Assembly (NCBI GenBank): GCA_026982315.1
Contig: JALSHI010000061.1
Location: forward strand, 19,018 to 83,017
DNA: 64,000 bases
Source of the DNA: Lysobacterales bacterium
GTDB taxonomy: Bacteria; Pseudomonadota; Gammaproteobacteria; Xanthomonadales; Marinicellaceae
Direction of reading: 5' to 3'
Shown here: positions 58,564-64,000 of the stretch, in pieces
Numbering within the stretch: position 1 is the first letter of the stretch
Layout of the letters: the number at the start of each line of letters is the position of its first letter
The notes under the pieces: model-generated
The model's database searches: none
Seen by the model: only the letters and a program-made list of their open reading frames with translations
What the model was told of the DNA's origin: nothing
Made by a program: the position numbers and the translations under genes

Positions 58564-60543
58564 ATGCTGGCAGAAATCGGACAATTCCTGTTAGGACTGG
58601 CTTTACTTACAGCGCTGTGTCTGAGCATCATTCCCTTGCTGGGTTATTTTCTCAAACGAAAGGACTGGTTGCTGCTGGCCCGCCCCCTGGCTTATTTACT
58701 GTTTATATTGGTATTCGGCGCGTTTCTCTCACTGGTCTGGCTGTTTGTGGTGCAAGATTTTTCCGTGGCCTATGTCTGGCGCAACTCCAACACCCTGCTG
58801 CCGCTGCGTTACCGCATATCGGCCGTGTGGGGCGCCCATGAAGGGTCCATGTTGTTATGGGTGACCATTCAGGCCCTGTGGGTGGCGCTGGTAGCGCGTT
58901 TTAGCCAGTCACTCAGTCACGACCGCATCGGCCGCGTTTTGGCGGTTCTGGGTTGGGTCTCTCTGGGCTTTCTGGCCTTTGTGGTATTCACCTCCAACCC
59001 ATTTGAGCGCCTGTTTCCCATCCCCGCCGAAGGCGTGGACCTAAACCCCCTATTGCAGGATATTGGCCTGATTATTCACCCGCCAATTCTTTATGCCGGC
59101 TATGTGGGTCTGTCTGTCCCTTACGCCATCGCCATTGCGGCTTTGCTGGGCGGCGACCTGGACGAAAAATGGATTCGCTGGTCGCGCCCATGGACCAATG
59201 CCGCCTGGGCCTTTCTGACCCTGGGAATCGTCCTGGGCAGCTGGTGGGCTTACTATGAGCTGGGCTGGGGCGGCTGGTGGTTTTGGGATCCAGTGGAAAA
59301 TGCCTCTTTCATGCCCTGGTTGGCCGCTACTGCCCTGATCCACGTCCAGGCCGTGAGCGAGCGCCGCAACGCTTTTCGCGGCTGGACAGTGCTGTTGTCC
59401 ATCCTGGTTTTCAGCCTGAGTGTTTTGGGGACTTTTCTGGTTCGCTCAGGAATTTTAACGTCTGTTCACGCCTTTGCCAGTGATCCGGAGCGCGGAACTT
59501 TTGTTCTGGCCCTGCTGGGCTTTTACACCGGTGGCGGCTTGCTGTTATACGCCCTGCGCGCCCATCGTATCCGCTCTGAACCGGGCTTTGAGCTTAGCTC
59601 CAGGGAGACCTTGTTACTGGCCAACTCCCTGATTTTCCTGGTGGCCACATTGACCGTTTTGCTGGGCACTTTGTTTCCATTGGTATTTGATGCCTTCGGC
59701 AAGAAAATTTCTGTCGGCCCACCCTACTTTGGTCTGATGTTCTTCTTGATCATGGTTCCCATGGTGGTGCTATTGCCTTTGGGAGTGATGATGCGGTGGC
59801 ACCGGGACTCTTTCAGGCGCGTTATCCGCCTGCTACTGCCGCCTTTTGTGCTCACGACGGTATTAACAGTGATCGTCTGGTGGCTACTCAATCCCCTGCC
59901 GCTGAAGGCGCTGGCTGGTGTTTATGGTGGCATCTGGCTGCTGGTGAATACCCTGTTTGCCATTTTCACCGAAAAAGGCACATTAACCCGGGCGCGTCTG
60001 GGCATGCATCTGGCGCATCTGGGCGTGGCCTTTTTCGTATTTGGCGTTTCCATGACCGAGCACACCGACTTTGAGAAAGATCTGTTGATGAACCCCGGGG
60101 AAAGCGCCACTTTCAAGGGTTATACCTTCACTTTTGAAGGCGTTCGCCGCAAACGGGTAGAAAACTACCTTGCCGAAGAAGGCACCTTCAAAGTCTATCA
60201 AGACAACCAACTGATTACCATTTTGCACCCGCAAAAGCGGGAATACCCGCGCCAGCAAAAGCCCATGACAGAAGCCGCCATTGACCCTGGAGTCATGCGC
60301 GATATCTACATTTCCCTGGGGGAACAACTGAATGACCAGGGCGGTTGGTCGGTACGGATTTACATCAAACCCTTTATTCGCTGGATGTGGGGCGGCGGTC
60401 TGCTGATGATGTTGGGTGGCTTGCTGGCCGCCACAGATCGGCGTTACAAGCGCCATGCTACTGCTGAAAGCCGGCATCTGGCTGACCAGTGGCTGGAAAA
60501 TAATGCCCAACCAATATCCGCAGGGACAACGAGTAAAGCATGA
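58564..60543 (+). CDS. ccmF: Cytochrome c heme lyase subunit CcmF
   Basis: The WWD motif WGGWWFWDPVEN is present in a polytopic 659-aa protein. Confidence 0.95.
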   Translation: MLAEIGQFLLGLALLTALCLSIIPLLGYFLKRKDWLLLARPLAYLLFILVFGAFLSLVWLFVVQDFSVAYVWRNSNTLLPLRYRISAVWGAHEGSMLLWVTIQALWVALVARFSQSLSHDRIGRVLAVLGWVSLGFLAFVVFTSNPFERLFPIPAEGVDLNPLLQDIGLIIHPPILYAGYVGLSVPYAIAIAALLGGDLDEKWIRWSRPWTNAAWAFLTLGIVLGSWWAYYELGWGGWWFWDPVENASFMPWLAATALIHVQAVSERRNAFRGWTVLLSILVFSLSVLGTFLVRSGILTSVHAFASDPERGTFVLALLGFYTGGGLLLYALRAHRIRSEPGFELSSRETLLLANSLIFLVATLTVLLGTLFPLVFDAFGKKISVGPPYFGLMFFLIMVPMVVLLPLGVMMRWHRDSFRRVIRLLLPPFVLTTVLTVIVWWLLNPLPLKALAGVYGGIWLLVNTLFAIFTEKGTLTRARLGMHLAHLGVAFFVFGVSMTEHTDFEKDLLMNPGESATFKGYTFTFEGVRRKRVENYLAEEGTFKVYQDNQLITILHPQKREYPRQQKPMTEAAIDPGVMRDIYISLGEQLNDQGGWSVRIYIKPFIRWMWGGGLLMMLGGLLAATDRRYKRHATAESRHLADQWLENNAQPISAGTTSKA

Positions 60544-61091
60544 AAAAATCGACTTCTACATGGCTTAAAGCCATTTTGCCACTAATCATTTTTATTGGCT
60601 TTGTGGCGCTGCTCATGAGCGGAATCGGTAAAAATCCACGCCTGATTCCCTCGCCTCTGATTGGCAAGCCGGCACCAGATTTTGCACTGCCCTCCTTACA
60701 CGACCCCAAGCGAATTATCCGCAAGCAGGACTTGTTGGGGCAGTATTACCTGCTGAATGTCTGGGGCAGTTGGTGCCCATCTTGCCGGGTGGAGCACCCG
60801 ATGGTGAGCCAGCTGGCCAGTTCAGGCCTGATTCCTGTTTATGGCCTGAACTGGAAAGATGAGCCTGAAAATGCCAAAGCCTGGCTGCAGCAGTTTGGCG
60901 ACCCTTATGCTGATATCCTGGTGGATTACGAAGGCCGAACAGCCATTGATTTCGGCGTTTATGGCGCACCGGAATCCTTTATCATTGATAAAAAAGGCAT
61001 TATCCGCCATAAAGTGGTGGGTGAAATCACACCACAGGTGGTTCAAAACGAACTGATCCCTTTGATACGTATCCTGGACGCGGAATCATGA
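60540..61091 (+). CDS. ccmG: Thiol:disulfide oxidoreductase DsbE/CcmG
   Basis: WGSWCPSC is a thioredoxin-type CxxC motif, and GVYGAPESFIIDKKG is also present. Confidence 0.92.
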   Translation: MKKSTSTWLKAILPLIIFIGFVALLMSGIGKNPRLIPSPLIGKPAPDFALPSLHDPKRIIRKQDLLGQYYLLNVWGSWCPSCRVEHPMVSQLASSGLIPVYGLNWKDEPENAKAWLQQFGDPYADILVDYEGRTAIDFGVYGAPESFIIDKKGIIRHKVVGEITPQVVQNELIPLIRILDAES

Positions 61092-61591
61092 AAACACAAC
61101 TCAGGAAAAAGCCGGCGGCACGGCCGTTTTTTCAATACCCAAGAAAATGGCTACTGGCAGCGCTGCTTTTCAGCCAAACGCTGTTGGCCATTGATGTGTA
61201 CCAGTTTGACACGCCACAGCAAGAAGCCCTCTATCGCCATTTAACAGAGGAGTTACGCTGCCTGGTGTGTCAAAACCAGAACATCGCCGACTCCGATGCG
61301 GATTTGGCCAAGGATTTGCGTCAGGAAGTGGCCCAGTTTGTCAAACAGGGCAAAACCCAAGAGGAAATAATTGACTACCTGGTACAGCGTTACGGAGATT
61401 TTGTGCGTTACAGTCCACCTGTGCGCATTGATACCATTGTCTTGTGGACTTTGCCCTTTGCTGTGCTGTTATTTGGTGGATGGGGGCTCATCCGCACAAT
61501 CAAGGCCAACAACCAGACAAACGCCGCGGCCATTGCCAAAACCCACTCACAACCGACATCCGCTGACTCTCCCACGGAGCCTGACTCATGA
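61088..61591 (+). CDS. ccmH: Cytochrome c-type biogenesis protein CcmH
   Basis: The motif is LRCLVCQNQNIADSDADLAKDLR. Confidence 0.9.
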   Translation: MKTQLRKKPAARPFFQYPRKWLLAALLFSQTLLAIDVYQFDTPQQEALYRHLTEELRCLVCQNQNIADSDADLAKDLRQEVAQFVKQGKTQEEIIDYLVQRYGDFVRYSPPVRIDTIVLWTLPFAVLLFGGWGLIRTIKANNQTNAAAIAKTHSQPTSADSPTEPDS

Positions 61592-62784
61592 CCAGTTTTT
61601 ATGGCGCCCTTATCGCACTCATGGTGGTTGTTCTGACCCTGTTATGGTGGTTTTCCCGACGCGCCGATCAGCACAAACAACAAGCTATTACGCAGCTTAC
61701 TGAAACCCTGCGACAGCCTGGTTTAAGCGCGGAAAAACGTCACGGACTGCAACAAAAACTGGCCGAAGCCATGCTCAATGCCGGACACAGTGATACACGC
61801 GCCTGGTGGGTTCCAGCAGTTATTATCGTTGCCGGCGGCTTCTATCTGTATCACATGACCGGAATGCCCGGGGCCACTGACAAATTCGCATACGCAGCCA
61901 ACAAAAACACCCGTACAGAAACCTCATCAGCCGTGCCGGACATGCAAACCGCACTGGCGGCCCTGAAAAAACGCATCGCAACGGATCCGGAAAACCTGGA
62001 CAACTGGTTATTGTACGGGCGCAGCATGATGGCCATGAAAGACTATACCGAGGCCGTACGCGCCTATGAGCAAGCGCGCCAATTGCAGCCGGATAACGCC
62101 TGGGTGCTGGCTTCGCTGGCCGAAGCCAAGGCATTCGCCGCAGGCACTGGCACCTTCCGCGGCGAGCCGGAAAATCTGCTGAAACGGGCGCTGGAATTGG
62201 ACCCCGACAACCAGAAAGCCCTGTGGCTCATGGGCATGAATGCCTATGAGCAAGGCCAGCCAGCGATCGCCGAAAAACTCTGGACCCGGCTACTGGCTCT
62301 GATTGACAACCCGCGCGTGGCAGAACAGCTCCGTAAACAGATCGATCTGGTCCGGCAACAACAAGGCAAATCCGCCCTTGCCGATACCGACTCAACGCCA
62401 GTCAAAAATGGTAACACCACTGCGGCTGGAACCCCAGCGGCTATCCCTGTTCGTGTTGACATCAGCCCTGAAATGCGCGCGCAACTCAGCAACAAACCGG
62501 CTGTGCTTTACATTTACGCCAAGCCCGCCGGTGGCATGCCCATGCCCATTGCTGTCGTGCGCAGCAATGCCAGCGATCTGCCGATTGTCACGACTCTGAG
62601 TGATGAAAACAGCCTGCAAGCCGCTCGCCCTTTATCCGGCTTTGACAAGGTTATCATTGGCGCACGCATCAGTTTCAGCGGCAATGCCATGCCTCAGGCC
62701 GGTGATATTGAAGCCGATGAAAAGACCGTCACCACCCAAGGGCATAAACAAGCAATCAGCCTTTTACTCAACAAAATTCGATAA
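61588..62784 (+). CDS. ccmI: Cytochrome c-type biogenesis protein CcmI (TPR)
   Basis: Two N-terminal TM helices and TPR repeats are present. It is the last gene of the ccm operon, joined to ccmH by an ATGA overlap. Confidence 0.8.
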   Translation: MTSFYGALIALMVVVLTLLWWFSRRADQHKQQAITQLTETLRQPGLSAEKRHGLQQKLAEAMLNAGHSDTRAWWVPAVIIVAGGFYLYHMTGMPGATDKFAYAANKNTRTETSSAVPDMQTALAALKKRIATDPENLDNWLLYGRSMMAMKDYTEAVRAYEQARQLQPDNAWVLASLAEAKAFAAGTGTFRGEPENLLKRALELDPDNQKALWLMGMNAYEQGQPAIAEKLWTRLLALIDNPRVAEQLRKQIDLVRQQQGKSALADTDSTPVKNGNTTAAGTPAAIPVRVDISPEMRAQLSNKPAVLYIYAKPAGGMPMPIAVVRSNASDLPIVTTLSDENSLQAARPLSGFDKVIIGARISFSGNAMPQAGDIEADEKTVTTQGHKQAISLLLNKIR

Positions 62785-62788
62785 TACC

Positions 62789-63736
62789 ATGACAACCATA
62801 CGCAAAGTCCCGGAGCTGGATTTAGTCCATTTGACCCACGGCACCCCGCTGGAAAAACAACGTTTTATTGATAATTTTTATAGCGGGTTGGTGGATTACG
62901 GCTTTATTGTGCTCAACCCCCATGAGTTTGACTTTTCTCTGGTCGATAGTGCCTATGAAAAGTTTAAGGAATTCTATGCCTTACCCGCCGAAGTTAAACA
63001 AAAATATGACATGAAGAACGGCGGCCAGCGCGGTTATGTACCGAAACTGGTGGAGCATGCCAAAGACAACCCCAACCCCGATCTGAAAGAATATTATCAC
63101 GTGGGCCGGGAGCTCCCGCCTGGCCACCATTTGCGAGGCGAATACCCGGATAATGTCTGGCCTGAAGAGATTCCCGGTTTCAAAGAAGTGGCTCTGGCGC
63201 TGTATGAGCAGTTGGACCAAACCGCCCGCACCATTTTTACCGCGCTGGCGCCAGCTCTGGATGTGCCGCCAAGCTATTTTGAAGAACTGACGCGCGATGG
63301 CAATTCCATTTTGCGCAATATCCATTATCCGCCACTCAAAGAATTCAACCTGGAAAACTCCGTTCGCGCCGCCGCCCATGAAGACATCAACCTGATTACG
63401 CTGCTCGTGGGCGCGACAGACTCGGGGCTGGAATTGCTGGATCGCGATGGCCAATGGCTCAAAGTCGAAAGCACGCCGGGGCAAATCGTGGTAGATTCCG
63501 GAGATATGCTCTCACGCATCAGCAATGGTGTCATTCCCGCCACCACTCACCGCGTTGTCAACCCCGACAACAGCACTTCGGCCCGTTACTCCATGCCGTT
63601 TTTTTGCCACCCACATCCGGATGCCGTCCTGGGCTGCATCCCCTCCTGTGTGGGCAATGGACGAAAATACGAAGACATCACTGCGCGCGATTTTCTGCAC
63701 CAGCGCCTGGTGGAAATCGGCGTGGCCAGCTACTAG
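62789..63736 (+). CDS. Fe(II)/2-oxoglutarate-dependent oxygenase (isopenicillin N synthase-like family)
   Basis: The HxD...H facial triad is AAHEDINLITLL and ATTHRV, and the RxS motif is RYSMPFF. The ATG is at 62789, 4 nt after the ccmI stop; the track start at 62600 was rejected. Confidence 0.85.
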   Translation: MTTIRKVPELDLVHLTHGTPLEKQRFIDNFYSGLVDYGFIVLNPHEFDFSLVDSAYEKFKEFYALPAEVKQKYDMKNGGQRGYVPKLVEHAKDNPNPDLKEYYHVGRELPPGHHLRGEYPDNVWPEEIPGFKEVALALYEQLDQTARTIFTALAPALDVPPSYFEELTRDGNSILRNIHYPPLKEFNLENSVRAAAHEDINLITLLVGATDSGLELLDRDGQWLKVESTPGQIVVDSGDMLSRISNGVIPATTHRVVNPDNSTSARYSMPFFCHPHPDAVLGCIPSCVGNGRKYEDITARDFLHQRLVEIGVASY

Positions 63737-63745
63737 CCCGCTAAT

Positions 63746-64000
63746 ATGGAGCAAAGACGCTCACCACTGGCCTGGATTGTGGAGCAGCCTGGCAAGCCTG
63801 CCAGACTCACCCCGGCACGCGGGCAAGAAGACCTGCAGCCCGGGGAAGTCCGCCTTCAGGGCTGGTATGCGCCCATCAATTACAAGGACGCCCTGTCACT
63901 GACCGGCGGCGCCCCCATTGCCCAAAAAACACCGCTGGTGGCCGGTCAGGATGTGGCAGGTGTCATCACAGAAAGCCGCCATAGCCGCTTGCAACCCGGT
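63746..64000 (+). CDS. MDR-family oxidoreductase, YhdH/AcuI (acrylyl-CoA reductase)-like, N-terminal part only (runs off the right edge)
   Basis: Manual translation from the ATG at 63746 gives MEQRRSPLAWIVEQPGKPARL...GWYAPINYKDALSLTGGAPIAQKTPLVAGQDVAGVI. The INYKDAL...G motif matches YhdH/AcuI as recalled. Confidence 0.65.
   Translation, partial: MEQRRSPLAWIVEQPGKPARLTPARGQEDLQPGEVRLQGWYAPINYKDALSLTGGAPIAQKTPLVAGQDVAGVITESRHSRLQPG

Overview
This 64-kb window is a densely coding chromosomal segment with about 60 protein genes and gammaproteobacterial-type core synteny. I recognised no rRNA, tRNA, CRISPR array, transposase, integrase or phage gene.

Conserved housekeeping blocks, in window order:
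- rlmL(partial)-purT.
- ssb with an upstream MFS gene, then ilvE, fadH and nagZ.
- recO-era-rnc-DUF4845-lepB-lepA, then mucD/degP-like, rseC, rseA and rpoE.
- pilZ-holB-tmk-mltG-pabC-pabB-fabF-acpP-fabG-fabD-fabH-plsX-rpmF-yceD.
- tadA-guaA-guaB, divergent from xseA-yigZ.
- A complete system-I cytochrome c maturation operon, ccmABCDEFGHI.

Every gene from 5284 to 52586 lies on the minus strand.

The non-housekeeping content is limited:
- **Best candidate for an uncharacterised system (11.2-19.3 kb):** three translationally coupled large genes of unknown function. They encode a TPR/FG-GAP/ASPIC-like lipoprotein, a 5-TM pentahaem cytochrome c with TPR, and a CRTAC1/ASPIC-like protein. nagZ is coupled downstream.
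- **pilZ module:** pilZ, an orphan 171-aa ORF and a FimX-like REC/PAS/GGDEF/EAL gene sit where other lineages carry tatD.
- **sigma-E locus:** the rpoE locus lacks rseB.
- **TonB-like gene:** a TonB-C-terminal-domain protein contains an internal 72-bp tandem repeat.
- **Envelope cluster:** Slp-like, LemA and DUF2207 genes lie together.

All functional calls rest on my reading of the translated ORFs and recalled family motifs. No database search was run. The ORF track uses ATG, GTG and TTG starts and reports the longest ORF, so I re-derived several start codons by reading the sequence.
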